Positions 27,570 to 41,444 of a DNA stretch of 64,000 nt are shown piece by piece. The position numbers and the translations under genes were made by a program. Every line of letters starts with the position of its first letter. Position 1 is the first letter of the stretch. Source of the stretch: the human T2T-CHM13v2.0 reference genome, Homo sapiens; the NCBI RefSeq assembly GCF_009914755.1, contig NC_060926.1; one strand, 5' to 3'. The notes below the pieces were generated by a model that was given only the letters and a program-made list of their open reading frames with translations, made no database searches and had not been told where the DNA came from.

Positions 27570-28790
27570 CTTGGAAAGATATTGTGAACACTTTCCTTTG
27601 ACCATACATATTCTACTCACTTATATTTTATGATCATATAAACTTTATATTATCTCATTAAAAAATGTACTGTAATTTCCTTAGTCAGTTTTCTTTCGTC
27701 TTCTTTTTTTTCACAAAAATAAATTATCAAAATCTTTATGTGGTTTAGATAACTCCCTTATACTATAATCCTATTAAAACATTACTGGTGAGTTTTCATA
27801 TTTTTAATATTTTTGAAAAAATTTGCCAAGCTTGTTTCCCAGAAATGCTATGAAAATTTATACATAAAAACAGTGCCTGAGATTTACCAATTGCCAATCC
27901 TCTTGCAGATATTTTCAAAACTGTATATTTTCTAATTTGATAGTAGAAATTGGTACCTTTTTTTTGGCCTGATTTGAGTGGCTGTGATAATGTACATTTT
28001 CCTTGTGTTTATATCTTTCCTAGTTTTGTATATATTATTAGTTTTATTTGTCTTTTGGACATACATTTATTTATCATTCTCTATGTCAATACATTTGGAT
28101 TTATGTTTAGAAAAGTCTTTCCTACCTCAATAGTATATAAATATTTATCCAAATTTTCCTTTAGTTTTATGATTTTACTTTGATGTAAATGTAATTTTAA
28201 TACAGCTGGAATATATCTGGGTGTATGTCATAAATATTTTTCATTTTTGTTTCTCTTTTTAAATACATTTAATAGATTGAAATGCAAGAATCCTTTATTT
28301 AAAAAGCTATATGCCCATGAACTTGAAAGGTCATATTTATTATATATTAAGCTCTTATATGTAAATGATTTAGTTTTCTTTAAAATATATTTTGTTATCT
28401 AATTGCAAAAGTTTTCTCACACTTTGCTTTTTAAGTTATTTTCTTGGAAACTTTGGCTATTATTTCCAGTGAGATTAAAGATTACTTTGACGAGTTTATT
28501 AAGTTTCAAGAAAGATCTTTTGGGATATTAATTGGAATGATCTTAAATACTGATTTGAGAAAAAGATTTTTAAGTTTAATTTTATTATGTTTAATTTTTA
28601 ACATCATTAAAAATGGGATGGGGCATTTTTCTATTGTATTTTCAAAATGGTTATTGTTAACACAAAAGAAAGCTCTTTATTTGTGTGTATATATGTTATA
28701 ACAGGTTGCCTAACTGAACTCATTCTCAATGTAACTAACAGACATGGTTGAAACTGGCTCTTCTCTGTGTGGTTACTTTGAATTATTCCA
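27570..28790 (-). mobile_element. Old L1M (L1ME-like) fragments
   Basis: T-rich antisense L1 motifs (tgccaagcttgtttcccagaaatg, tttagaaaagtctttcctacc, ttgggatattaattggaatg). Highly diverged. Confidence 0.55.
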
Positions 28791-29004
28791 GATCTAGCAA
28801 TGGTAAGCTCCAACAGGGCTTTAGTTTGATAATCATCTGTACTAATTTAGTTATGTATTTGTTCACTCATTTATTCCTTACACAAATATTTATTTGCTTC
28901 TTTCTATACTCCCAGGACTGTATCTGACAGCAACAGAGGGCAACAGCCTAGGAAAACAATGTAATAACTAGCTAAAAATTTTACAATAGTTTTGATAGAT
29001 TTTT

Positions 29005-29161
29005 AGTGGTTCCCAAGCTTTTGTGGGCATCAAAATCACTTAAGGAAATTGGTAAAAATGTCAACGTTCAGGCCCAGTTCTACTTCAACAAGCCTGGGCT
29101 CAGTGGTCTTTGTTAACTCTTCTGATAATTCTGAAACACAGCCAGTTTGAGAATGATTGCC
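29005..29161. mobile_element. MER5-type MITE
   Basis: agtggttcccaagctt...aaaatcacttaagg start and attctgaaacacagccagtttgagaa end. Confidence 0.65.
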
Positions 29162-29229
29162 TTAATCTCAGAAATAAACTACAGATGGATTAAAATAGGT
29201 TTCACTTATCCTAATAGGGATGATGTTTA

Positions 29230-29450
29230 ATAATATTATTTATTGAGTACTTTTAGAAATGCTTTACGGAAAATAATTTAATTCTGTCAACCAAATTATA
29301 TGATAGCTACATGATTGTTCCCATTTTACAGGTGACGGCCTGGAGTCTCAGCCAGATGAAGTAACACACCCGGGGCATTTGCCAAAAATATATCACAACA
29401 AGGATGGAAATCCAGGCCACTTGGTTGCATTTAGTCACTCTGCTATTTTA
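29230..29450 (-). mobile_element. MIR
   Basis: atttattgagtactt and cccattttacaggtga. Confidence 0.6.
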
Positions 29451-29469
29451 TATTACTGCTATGCCTCTT

Positions 29470-29898
29470 CACTTATTTTTTTATATTAATGGGTTTTTAA
29501 AATTTAAATACATTCATTTTCACAAGAAGCTTTATATCGTTAGCCAAAATGGAAAACGTATAGGATTTACCAAAAATAGAGAGTGCTTGTAAACATAAAT
29601 TCAACACACATGAAGCAATATTTCTTAATGCGAGCTTGATACTGTCACCTGGCTTTGAGCCCAGAGCCTCCTTTTGTTTGTTTGTTGTTTAAAGGAGATT
29701 AACAAGTGTTTTTAAAAGTTTCAGAGACACACTAAACTTAATCTTAGACATTTTTCTTGATTTAACTGCAAGATTTAAAAGAAAACTAGAAAAGGAGAAA
29801 TGTAGCTCTATATCATTCAGGGAAATTTAACCATGAGCCTGTGCTGTCTGAAATTATATTTATCCTTTATACATGGACCATATATTGGGGAACAATGT
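29470..29898. mobile_element. hAT-Charlie DNA transposon remnant (MER113-like)
   Basis: gatactgtcacctggctttgagcccagagcc...ggagattaacaagtgtt and a TIR-like end ttggggaacaatg. Recalled similarity only. Confidence 0.45.
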
Positions 29899-31175
29899 AT
29901 CAGTGAACCAACTAAAAAAACCACAAGCAAAATAAAAAATATAGTAAGTATGTGTCTAACATTGGGTCAAGGAACCACTATACAGGCATGAAAGCAATAA
30001 AATAAATCAGCACCATTGTCAATTTCTTTGATTACAAAAAATTTTAAATAGCATATACCTAAATAAAGAGATGGAGATAAGCAGACAACAAAATCAGAAG
30101 ACAATTGCAAAATATGTAACAGACTAAATGTTAGCATCTTCTAATAGAATGTATGCATACAAATGTTAAAAATACAAAATAAATGGAGAAATTGAGCAAA
30201 TCAAGAGTCAACAGTGATTTTTCTTTGGATCATGGCTGATTTATTTTTCTTTTGCTATATTTCTATATTTTCTAGCTTATTATCTGTTAGCACATACTGT
30301 TTTTTATATTCTGAAATGATTCTCTAATAAACATATTTAAGAGAGAGTAGAAATGTGAATGAATTTGTAAATAGAGACACAAAAAACAAAATTTATCACA
30401 GCAGGTGCTTATATAGAGATAAAATTAGTTCACCTATACTAACCAGAGAAACATGAATCTTATATATAAAGCCTGGTTTTAAAAAACCCATTAATACAAT
30501 TTTGGCCTACATGAAAAATACGACAAATGCACCAGAAAGAAATGATATCCAAATTGATAAATCTCTCTTTCTCTCATGCTTTGTCTCCACCCCTACTCCC
30601 CGCATCCATCCCCATACACACTACAAACTCTTGCAGAATACCATTTCATTCACTAACAGAAATTTAACAGAGCTAAAGGTCTGGCACTGAAAGCTGAAAA
30701 AACACATGTATAAATCTCATTTGAGTGTCTTACACATCCTAAAAGATTGGTTAGGCAATAATCAATGTAACCTCACTTTTTAGGTGAGGATGTAGACTCA
30801 GCAACTTGACCTCTTTTTAGTGTTCTGTTTCTCAAACTAGCTGTGAACCTGGAATCACCTCCTAGAAGTACTTTGACAAAGCAGTCCAAGCCCTACCAAT
30901 TAATTCAGCATCTTGGGCTGAGGCACTGGTAATTGATGTGTCTAAAAAATGTCTCACATAATTTGAATATAGAGCCAGATTTAAAGGTAGAAGAGCAAAA
31001 TTTCAAAACATAGTTTTCTGACTTAAATTTCTGTGAGAATTTTAGTGGTCCTGCCCCCAGGAGGTATATTATTCAAATATGCCAGTCTTAAAGCATATTA
31101 TTTTGTTATGGGCAGCTGAGATTTGGCATCTTTAAGATATTTCACTATGTCTGTAGTGATACAGATTTAAGAGCC

Positions 31176-32071
31176 TAATATGGTTTTGATTTGTGTCCCC
31201 ACCCAAATCTCATGTCAAATCGTAATCCCCAGTGTTGGATGTGGAGCCTGGCGGAAGGCAATTGGATCATGGGGCCGGATTTCCCCCTTTGGTGCTTGCG
31301 ATGATTAACACTGAGTGCCCACTTGTTCGGATTGAAGGATGCTGGGTGTGTCTGTGAGGATGTTGCCAAAGGAGATTAACATTTAAATCAGTGGCCTCGG
31401 AAAGACAGACCCACCTTCAATCTGGGTGGGCACAATCTAATCAGCTGCAGTGCTGCTAGAATAAAAGCAGGCAGAAGAATGTGGAAGGACTAGACTAGGT
31501 AAGTCTTCTTGCCTCCATCTTTCTCCCGTGCTGGATGCTTCCTGCCCTCCAACATCAGACTCCATGTTCTTCAGCTTTTGGACTGGACTTACGCCAGTGG
31601 TTTGCCAGGGGCTCTCGGGCCTTTGGCCACAGACTGAAGGCTGAACTATCAGCTTCCATACTTTTGAGGTTTTGAGACTCGGACTGGGTTCCTGGCTCCT
31701 CAGCTTTCAGACAGCCTATTGTGGGACTTCACCTGGTGATCGTGTGAGTCAATTCTAATAAACTCCCCTTCATATATTCTTTTATCCTATTCTGTCCCTT
31801 TAGAGAACCCTAATACAGTACCGTTTTTACAAATCTGGATGTTTTAAGATGCGTGGCACCTCCCCTCTCCTCTCTCTCTTCCTCCTGCTCCCGCCATGTA
31901 AGACATGCCTGCTTACCTTTCTCCTTCAGGCATGATTGTAAGTTTCTTGAGGCCTCCCCAGCCATGCTTCCTGTACAGCTTGCTGAACTTTGAGCCAATT
32001 AAAAGTATTTTTTAAATAAATTACCCAGTCTTATGTATTTATTTGTAGCAGTATGAGAATGGAGTATTATA
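31176..32071 (+). mobile_element. MSTA MaLR solo LTR, split by a nested MLT2A
   Basis: tgtgtccccacccaaatctcatgtc start and gccatgcttcctgtacagc...aaattacccagtct end. Perfect 5-bp TSD gagcc at 31171-31175 and 32072-32076. Confidence 0.9.
31297..31817 (+). mobile_element. MLT2A (HERV-L) solo LTR
   Basis: ggattgaaggatgc...gggtgtgtctgtgagg...gcaggcagaagaa...cacagactgaaggctg...tagagaaccctaataca. Degenerate TSD gtgct/gtacc. Confidence 0.88.
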
Positions 32072-33762
32072 GAGCCTATTTTTTTTATATAAATGTCTTA
32101 AGAAAAATATATTTATCTATAAAGCTAATAAAGGGGAAGTCTAGCATCTATACTTTATCTATGCATCAGGTCTAAAAAGCCAGCAAGGATATTCATTGTA
32201 ATTTTTCTGTCCAGATTTGGAAAATCATAAATTTTGACAAATTTAAAAGTTTGGAAGCTGAACTACTTGCTAAAGTGTATTAAAACATGTTGGTTTAAAA
32301 TACATTATGTATTTGACACTTGATTTGAAAACATTTATTATTTTAGAGCAAAAGTATCTAATATGATTGTTTACTATTTTGCCTTAGGATTAAATGTTCA
32401 AAAGTTTCAACAGATATCATATGTTAATTTTTAATAACTATATTAATAATGAGTTAATGACCACGTTTAATAATTAATATACTAAATTATACATTTAAGC
32501 AAGTTTCTTCTTTATACATTTACTGGACAAGTAATATTCACATTATTTAAACATATGTCTTGCCTGATTAAATTCATGATGCCTATTTCTAAGTCATTTG
32601 GAAGCTTTTTGTGAAAGAGTTCATGTTTGCCAATGGTGCTTCATTTCCTTAAATGTTTACGTTGTACCGATTAATTGGTCTCACAGGGTAGAGACCATAG
32701 AATTTATTATAGATGCTTGGAAGACTTTCATTTCATCAGCAAAATATTAAAGATGTAACAGATACCCCGTTTATGCTACTAAAAATGTTGAATATGTACT
32801 GGCAATTGAAATAGAATTCTATGTAATGAAATAAAAAGATTAGTTTAAAGTATTTCACATAGTCAGAACTGGGTGAAAATCTTATTTCCATTTAAAAATT
32901 TAACAATATAAAATCGATGTATTATGAAATAGCTTTTTTTCTTTTCTTTCTATTAAAAAGCTAATCTCATATCAAAATTTCATAATGAATCACTATAATG
33001 ATGTTAAACAATGGGGAAAGGATTCCTAGCATAAAGAGGCAGTTAAGTTTAATAAAAAAATACCTGGGTTCTGAGTTTAGCAAGATTCAGTTTCAAATCT
33101 CAGCTTAGGTCTTCAGTAAATAAGTAAATTTTAAGAAAGTTTCATAAAGAGTGTAGGCCCCAGTTCCTTAGTTATCAAATAGGTATAAAAAGACATACTT
33201 TATATATTTGTTGATATGCAAGAGACAGAAAATATAGAGCAACTGACACAGGATGAAAAACATTTTATTTCTTTCTTTAGTCTAACAAAATCCTGTAGAA
33301 TTTAGATTGAATCTGATTATAGTCACATATCACCTTGCATTATATGTGACGTGTTTCTCATTTTTTTCTAGACATATTGAGAGCAGAGGTCATGTTTTAA
33401 TATTTTTAGTGCATGCACAATAAAGATGATAGATGGAAAATACTGAGCAAATAGGTGAATATGCTTATTTATTTATGAAAAGGGTTCTCTTTGTATGCTT
33501 TATTAAGGACAATACAGTATAAATATTTCTTCAACTATAGAAAAAGCCTGAGCTTATAAGGGAACTGTAATATGAATTCTGATTTCAAATGGAGAGACTG
33601 GTTTGCATCTCTACATTCTTAGATTCTTAACTTTGGATACTGATTGCCCTGACCTGATTAGTCAAGAGTAGACTGTAGGAGAAACATGGTTGACTTGTGG
33701 CTTCCGGGACTCACTATTGTGTACGGGAGCCATTCTGTCATAGTAGACAGCAGGAGTCATTC

Positions 33763-34231
33763 TGTCATGGTAGACAGCAATGTGAGCCCAATTTCTCTCC
33801 CCTGTACCCACACCTTCTGCCATGCAACTTTGCAGTATCTTCTCACTGTGGATGGGATGCCACCTTTTTTCACTGGGTTTAACCACATGACTTGCTCTGG
33901 CTAATGGAACATTCATAGATAGGATGCAAGCAGAGGCTGGAAATGGGATTAAATTCAAGCTTTCTCCCTTGTGCCTCTGATACTGCCATGAAAATATGCT
34001 AGGGCTAGCTTGCTGAAGGATAAGAGGCATATAGAGCAGAGCAACCCCAGCTGCCCCAGGTGACAGCCGGGTGACATCCAGACATGTAAGTAAGCTCACC
34101 AGATCAGCACAGCCACCTAGTAAAAATTCCACTGTCCCCAGACATGTGAGCACAAATTAATGGCTGTTTGCCACTAATGTTTTGTGGCTCTTTGTTCTGT
34201 GACATTATTACAGCAATAGATAACTATTACA
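33763..34231 (+). mobile_element. MaLR solo LTR, MLT1H-like
   Basis: cacatgacttgctctggctaatgg internal and cagcaatagataactattaca end. Confidence 0.75.
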
Positions 34232-34659
34232 GATGTCCTTAAAAATTATTTTTAAAAGGTGCTGTTGTGAGCTAAGCAAATGCTTTAAAGCAATGTATTT
34301 TATGCCTGCTGTGTATTTTTTTTAAAAAAAGCTTATAAATAAATAGAATAATTCCAGATTTTAACTTATAGTTGTTTCAGTAGAAGTATAGAATCGTGAC
34401 TATTGGGATGAACATGTATTCAATGTAAAGGGTTAATTATCTACACCTGGAAACTGAGTAAGCTTCTCCCTGGTGGCTAAATAATCTCATGGTAGTAAGA
34501 TGACACTTTTTGTAAGAGCCAAATAAATATTTTTAAAGGATTAAGTCACATACAGTTGAGCTTATGGACACGAAACTCTTTAACAGATATTGATACCAAA
34601 AGCATTTTTTTCATATGGCTTTTGTAGCTTTAAGTGTCCTTTTCTAAAAATAGCAACAA

Positions 34660-34900
34660 ATCAATCTATAAACATTTACATTCTCATTACTTCAAATCCC
34701 TCCATTTCCTACAAACTCCAAATCCTGACCATTTGCCTGAACTCCAGACAAATATATTTAACTGCCAGCTAGACATTTCCAACCAGAGGTCTGTCAGGCA
34801 CCTCCAATTCAACACATCCACAGAGAAACCCACTATTTTTCACTGAAAACTGACATGTGGATTTCCTGTCTCTGTGAATGGCTCCACCCATCACATGCCA
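34660..34900 (+). mobile_element. L2 fragment, interrupted by LTR8 and resuming briefly at ~35622
   Basis: ctgaactccagac...aactgccagctagacatttcc...ggcacctccaattcaacacatcca. Confidence 0.7.
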
Positions 34901-34904
34901 ACAC

Positions 34905-35617
34905 TGAAACCTCCATTGCAAAATTGTAACTGAGACACTGAAAAAGATCTGACCTAACCAACTCCATCTTACTTTTAACCTCCAAGCTGTCCTTGTTCAT
35001 TCTTGGGTGTGGGCTGAACTGACTTCGGGAGGAACTTAGTGTATAGTTAAAAACAGAGATGATAACAGCCCTTCCCAACACAAACGCGCTTCTTGCCTGG
35101 GGACTAGACTGCCTTTGTAAGACTAACAAATTAGCCACAAGATTAGAAATTATGGTTTAGAAGTCATATAGCTGGAGACTACAAGATTCTGACCCTTCTT
35201 AAATTACTCCTGGGGATAACATGGCTATTGTAAAGCCTAAGATCAGGGCTTGAGATATTTTACAGACCCTGCACTTGATGGATCAGCTGGCACCACCCAG
35301 ATGGATAAACTGGCTCATCTGATCTTGTGGACCCCACCTAGGAACTAACTCAGTGTAAGATAGCTTCACCTCCCTATGATTTCATCTCCGACACAACCAT
35401 CAGCACTCCTGACTCACTGGCTGCCTCGCATCCACCAAGTTATCCCTAAAACTCCTATCCGTGAATGCTCAGAGAGACTGATTTGAGGAATAAAAAAACT
35501 CCATTCTCCCACACAGCCAGCTCTGCATGAATTACTCTTTCTCCATTACAATTCCGCTGTCTTGATAAATCGGCCCTGTCTAGGCAGAGAGCAAGGTGAA
35601 CCCATTGGGTGGTTACA
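34905..35617 (+). mobile_element. LTR8-family (ERV1) solo LTR
   Basis: TG...CA termini (tgaaacc...ggttaca), motif ctaacaaattagccacaagattagaaattatggtttag, AATAAA near 35489, 4-bp TSD acac. Confidence 0.88.
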
Positions 35618-36337
35618 ACACTTGAGTCTTCCTTCATTCTTCCTCTTCCCTCATACCCCTTTCCCCAAACCTTGAGGAAACTAAAGTGGTTCACACATTC
35701 CCAAAGAGTGGTCATTTTACAATTTGCTTGCCATGCAAGAACCATGTATTTTGTATGTATATGTATGTATGTACTTTTTTTTAGTAATCCAAACTGATTG
35801 CTAGAAAATCAAGCCATTCATTTTGTGTAACAATCTGGTTGGGGTTTCAACATAGCCCCAGAGTGCAAAAATGCAAGGCTCTCTTTTTCAATGATAATGC
35901 CAAAGCCATTGTTTCTTCATCCACAGGTGGTTTTGAGAACAGCCTTTCAGAGAACCCCAAGAAAGAGGAATTCTCATCTTCAATCAATCCCTTCAGAAAT
36001 CAAGTTTTTCATTGCAAGGGTTAAGGGGAAGAAAGAGAGTTTAATGTTAAAACACACAAATAGTTATCTGGCATGCATGCCTTAAAGAAATTGTTAATGC
36101 CTAAATGCTCTATGCTTTTCAGTGGCCTGGTGCCTGAACTTAAACAGAACTTCAATAAAACTCATACAGAAAAAATAAATGGAATGGAATCTAAGGAGCT
36201 CAGCAATTATGTTAGAAATGTTTATCTAAGGAGAAAAAAACTAAACACCAATTTTTAAATCCTTTTTTATTATACAATGTAAAGGGACTGAAAGTTTATC
36301 TCTAGACTGCACTGGGCAAATGAAATGCATATGTGTT

Positions 36338-36834
36338 TGTGTTAGGGTTCTACAGAGAAACAGAACCGATAATATATACAAAGAGATTTGTTAAAGAAAT
36401 TGGCTCAGTAGTAATGGTGGTCAAGAAGTCTCATGATCTGCCTTCTGCAGGCTGGAGAACCAAGAAAACCAATGGTGTAATTCAGTTTGAGTCTAAAGGC
36501 CTTTGAATTGGAAGGCTGGTGGTATAAGTCCCTGTCTGAGTCTGGATGTCCCAAAACTAGGAATACTGATGTCCAAGGGCAGGAGAAAATGAACATCTCA
36601 GCTCAAGGAGAGAGAATGAATTCACTTTTCTGCCTTTTTATTCTATTTAGACCCTCCATGGATTGAATGGTATACATCCACATTGGGGAGGGCTGTCTGC
36701 TTTACTCAGTTTGCCAATTCAAATGCTAATATCTTCCGGAAATAGCCTCAGAGACACACCAAGAAATATTGTTTTACCAGCATTCTGGGCATCCCTTAGC
36801 CTATTCAAGTTGACTCTTAAAATTAACCATCACA
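36338..36834 (-). mobile_element. MLT2B-like ERVL solo LTR
   Basis: agggttctacagagaaacagaacc at one end and caagttgactcttaaaattaaccatcaca at the other. 5-bp TSD gtgtt. Confidence 0.85.
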
Positions 36835-37745
36835 GTGTTGAATATATACTGTTTTTCCCAAATAATAGAAATGCCATGTAGCTTATTCAGTTCTGCTCTT
36901 GGTGTGAAAATCCTGAGTGCACAGTCTGTACTGCCTTGAAGAACCTAGGAGACTGAGCATATGAGGATCTTGATGGTGGCACACCTTCTCCAACACAGGT
37001 ACCTTTCTGCACCTATTAGAGACTTTAACAAGCAATGAATGAAACTGCCATACTCAGTGTGACTGATTCACTTTGGGTTTATAGTGAGCAGCAAGTACTT
37101 AAGCAGGAACAACGCGATCTGATGCAACCAGGTGGGGTTTGTGTGTTAATGATAAGATGCTATGCCCACTACTGCGATGTGGGGTAGGGGGTCCAATTTT
37201 ATTCTAATTTTTATTCTAAAGAAGAAAAAGTTTGCACCCACTCATCCTTGTTGCTCCATTATTCAGAAGCATAGAAGATTCAGAATTGAAGTAGTAAAAA
37301 CCTGAAAGGGTCATAAAACCAGTAAAAGGAAGCTCAGTCCCCAATAATAAATGACCTGAAGCAGCAATCATTTGGGCAGCTGATATCACAAAAAGTAAGC
37401 TGTAGATTCTGTATCTAAAGCACTATGTGCACTCATCAAAGCAGAGACTGACCATTTCCTTAATGTGATGTTGCTCCTGTTCTAAATATAAGAAATCTCA
37501 AAGCATAAGATCAGAACAGTGAGTGTACACCAAAAATACCTTTAGCAAGCTTGGATAACACAGGGAGACCGAGAACCCAGGCAAGATCTAAATAAAAATA
37601 GAGATAGGAAGAGCTTAAACAATTGATTAATCAGACAACTGGAAATGGACATTAAAAATCATTATTAAATACTTATAATTTGATGAATATAATCATTTCT
37701 AATTAAAAATTGACTTCACAGAGGCATGAAGATTAAATGTCAATA

Positions 37746-38025
37746 CAGTTGACCCTTAAACAACTGGGTTTTGAACTGCATGGGTCTACTTATACAGGGA
37801 ATTTTTTCAATAAATACAATTGGCCCGCCATATAGGCAGGTTTCACATCTGCAACCAAACACAGGTCAAAAATACAGTACTCACAGGATATGAAACCCAT
37901 GTATATGAAGAACAAACTTTTCATTTCAGTGGGTTCTGCAAAGCTGACTGCTGGTCTTGAATATCCCGGATTTTGGTATCTGTAGGTGCTAGAACCAATT
38001 CCCCAAGGATACTGAAGGATGACTG
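37746..38025. mobile_element. TcMar-Tigger MITE (MER2B-like)
   Basis: cagttgaccctt...gaaggatgactg TIRs with TA TSDs. Internal agaaccaattcccca motif. Confidence 0.75.
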
Positions 38026-38220
38026 TATTTGTAATTATTTAAATTAGTAATAATTTAACAATGTGTTTGGCATACAGTAAGTATCCAGGTAATACTAAAT
38101 ATTAGATACATAGTTTTTATTTCAAAGTAGGAATTTAGTGATTCTCAATGGATTCTTTGGCTGCTTAATAAAATCTTGAGTTTAATATGAGTTATTTTTC
38201 TAGGTAAACCAAAGAGGCAC

Positions 38221-38808
38221 ACATCAGTTATCTTTCGCTGAATAACAAATTACCCTAAAATTTAGTGGCTTAAAACAACAATATTTATTATCTCATAATT
38301 TCAGGTCAGGAATCTGGACACAGGTTAACTGGGGCCTCTGGCTCAGGGTCTCTTACAAGGCTGTAATCAAGATGTTGATGGGGCTGCTGTCATCTCCAGA
38401 CCTGACTGAAGTCTGAAGAATCCACTTCCATGCTCACTCATACAATTGCTGACAGGATTCAATTCCCTGCTGGGTTGTGGGGCCAAGCACCTCCGTTCCT
38501 CACTGGCTGCTGGCTGCACACTGCCCTCCGTTCTTTGCCATGTGGGCCTCTCCATAGGGTGTTCATGGCATGACAGTTGGTTACATCAAAGCAGGCAAGA
38601 AGAGCCAGGCAGAACAAGTGCAACAAGATGGCAGTCAGAGTCTTTTGCGATCTAATCTTGGAAGTGACATCCCATCACTCTTGCTACATTCCATTCATTA
38701 GAAGGGAATCCCTAGTCTGGTCTATGCTCAGAGGAGGGAAATTACACAAGAATGTGAACATTAGGAGTCACGGATCATTGGGAGCCATCTTAGAAGTGGC
38801 CGACCACA
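38221..38808 (-). mobile_element. MaLR solo LTR, MLT1F-like
   Basis: aacaaattaccctaaaatttagtggcttaaaacaac at one end and gccatcttagaag...gaccaca at the other. Confidence 0.82.
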
Positions 38809-38911
38809 GGGCAAGTTGAGAAAACACTCCACTGACAGATTGAAGTCCTCAGTTTCACCTCAAGGCCTATGACTATCTAGCTGTTCCATTTAAGCATGCC
38901 ACTTGACAGAG

Positions 38912-39195
38912 CTATAGTGTTGTGGTCCACAGTGTGAGCTCCAGAATAGACTGCTTGGGTTTGCATTGGATTTCATGTAGTCAGCACGAATTGTCTGCAT
39001 GGGAAAGTTACTAAATTTTCCTTATCTGTAGTTTCTCTACCTGTAAAGCTGTGGATAATTATGACATATAGTTCATATTTTGTTCATATGACTACCTGAC
39101 TACCTGGGGATAGTAGTAATAGTACTACCTCTTTGTGTGCTTGTTGAGAGGATTAAACGAGATCATGGATGACAGTTCTTAGCACAGGCCTGGCC
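38912..39195 (+). mobile_element. MIR
   Basis: gtttctctacctgtaaa core and gaggattaaacgagat...cttagcacaggcctggc. Confidence 0.7.
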
Positions 39196-40309
39196 AGGAA
39201 TCTTTCAACCCATGGTGTGTACCTACACTTTTTAATGTTTTCATTCTCCTCACTAGGGAGGGGGAGCCTCCAATTCCACTCCTGCTATGGGTACATTCCC
39301 CTTCATCTGCTCTTCCCCTGATTTCTATAAGGGGGGTTAATTGATCTATGGACGATCAGCAGCACAGCCTAAGGAGTCCCCAGTGTTCATGGCAGACAGC
39401 CTGTCTCAGTCTGGCTATCTGACCACCAGTGTTTCTGTGCCACCTGGCCAAGTGCTAATGAGAAAGTTGTATAGACGTTTGTTGCTTCACACAATAGGTA
39501 GAATAAAGGAGTTCACAGTTCCTCAAGAAGATTGAAAGGGACTCTGATATCTGGTGTGGACCAAATGCCAGCCAGGGAGCTCTGGCACCCTAGGGGTTAT
39601 GCAAGGGAAGGCAGCTCTCAGAGCACAGAGGGGTGAGAGCTGTCTCTAAAGGCCTGGGCTGAATGGGAACATTTTGCAAAACTTGCTTAGAAACCCTGGT
39701 TCCTAAGCAATTGATTCCTGTTGGGGTCCCACTGGGAAAGATTGTTTCTGAACAGTCTGGATGGAAAGGAAATGGTGGCATTTTTAGAGAGAGAAAATAA
39801 ACTTGCTCTGTTATTTAAACCCAAATACTAGGATAAATACTAGAATCTAGGGTCCTTTTAAAGTTGTTTCAAAGCTGCAGAAAGAAACACAATAAAAGTT
39901 GAATAAGGATTTATGTTATATAGTCATCCATGCAAGCAAGTAGACTGACTGGTAAATAAAGTATAGTGTGATTATTATAATTTAGGTCACAGACAGTATA
40001 AGCGTAGTGAATTTCCTGCATTAGAAAACTAAGCCTCTTGTATTAAGTGAAGCACACTGGACATTTAATATGGTTTTTACAACAAAAACTGAGCTCTATA
40101 AATGGAGGGTCCTGAAATGATGGTGTGCAGGGAGGGAGGGGGAGTATTCTAAGTTGAATTTCAGGGGAACATATTTTATGATTCCTTTTAAGTAACAACA
40201 CCACCTTTCTCTCACATCTCCACCAACTCAAACTACCCCCATGAAGTCACCGACAAACTTTGGATTTAGAGACCTGGCATCATAGGTAGCAAAGACAGAT
40301 GAGAACTGA

Positions 40310-40634
<325 letters not shown>

Positions 40635-40730
40635 CATAAAGAAAACTTTTACCTGTGACCAGTTAAACAAACAAACTTGGATAAAGCAAAATAAATAAAT
40701 AAATAAATGGAAGTCTTTTGAGAAAAAAGA

Positions 40731-40878
40731 GATATACTTTATATATTATATATTTCATATATATACACTTATATATACATATAAACATACAAAAATGCAC
40801 ATACATGCCAACATATACACATACACATATATGTTATATGTGTACACATACATACACACATACCACATATAGATATGA
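40731..40878. repeat. Degenerate (TA)n/(CA)n low-complexity tract
   Basis: Alternating purine-pyrimidine runs read directly. Confidence 0.8.
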
Positions 40879-41444
40879 TAACGCTCTGAAAGAATAATAA
40901 AAATGTGTATAGTGTTTTGATCTTAAGATTGAAAGACAGCAGGGCTTAGTATCATAACAGAGTAAGTAATAAACTGTGTTTATGGTGGTAGCAGACAATT
41001 ACATCCTTTGACTACCTGAGCTTTTAAAATTCAGAGATTTACAATCTTCCAACAATTAAGTGGAAAACGTTACTGGGTAATTAAAATGGGTGTCTTTCAA
41101 CAAGAATTCTTTCTCAGAAGGAAGGACTAAAATCCTGGGCGTTTTCAGAGAATCACGATTGTTCCAATTCCATGGACAAACATGTGACTTAAAAAGACAT
41201 CCATGGAAGCAACCCTCTGAGGTGTTTTAAAGGTGGCAAATATGTCTGGCCCTGTATGACTACATGCTATGATTTACTCTGCTCTGCAGTGCTCCTGAGA
41301 ATACCAATGAGTCCTGGAGCCCGATCTGGAGTCAGAGGGAATGACGGCTGGCTGGGGTCAGCAGGACAATTGTGGGAATGGGTGCGGTGGATGGTAGGAG
41401 TGCGGGCAGAGGGAGCGTGTTTTAGACCAGTTGGGAGTTTGACC

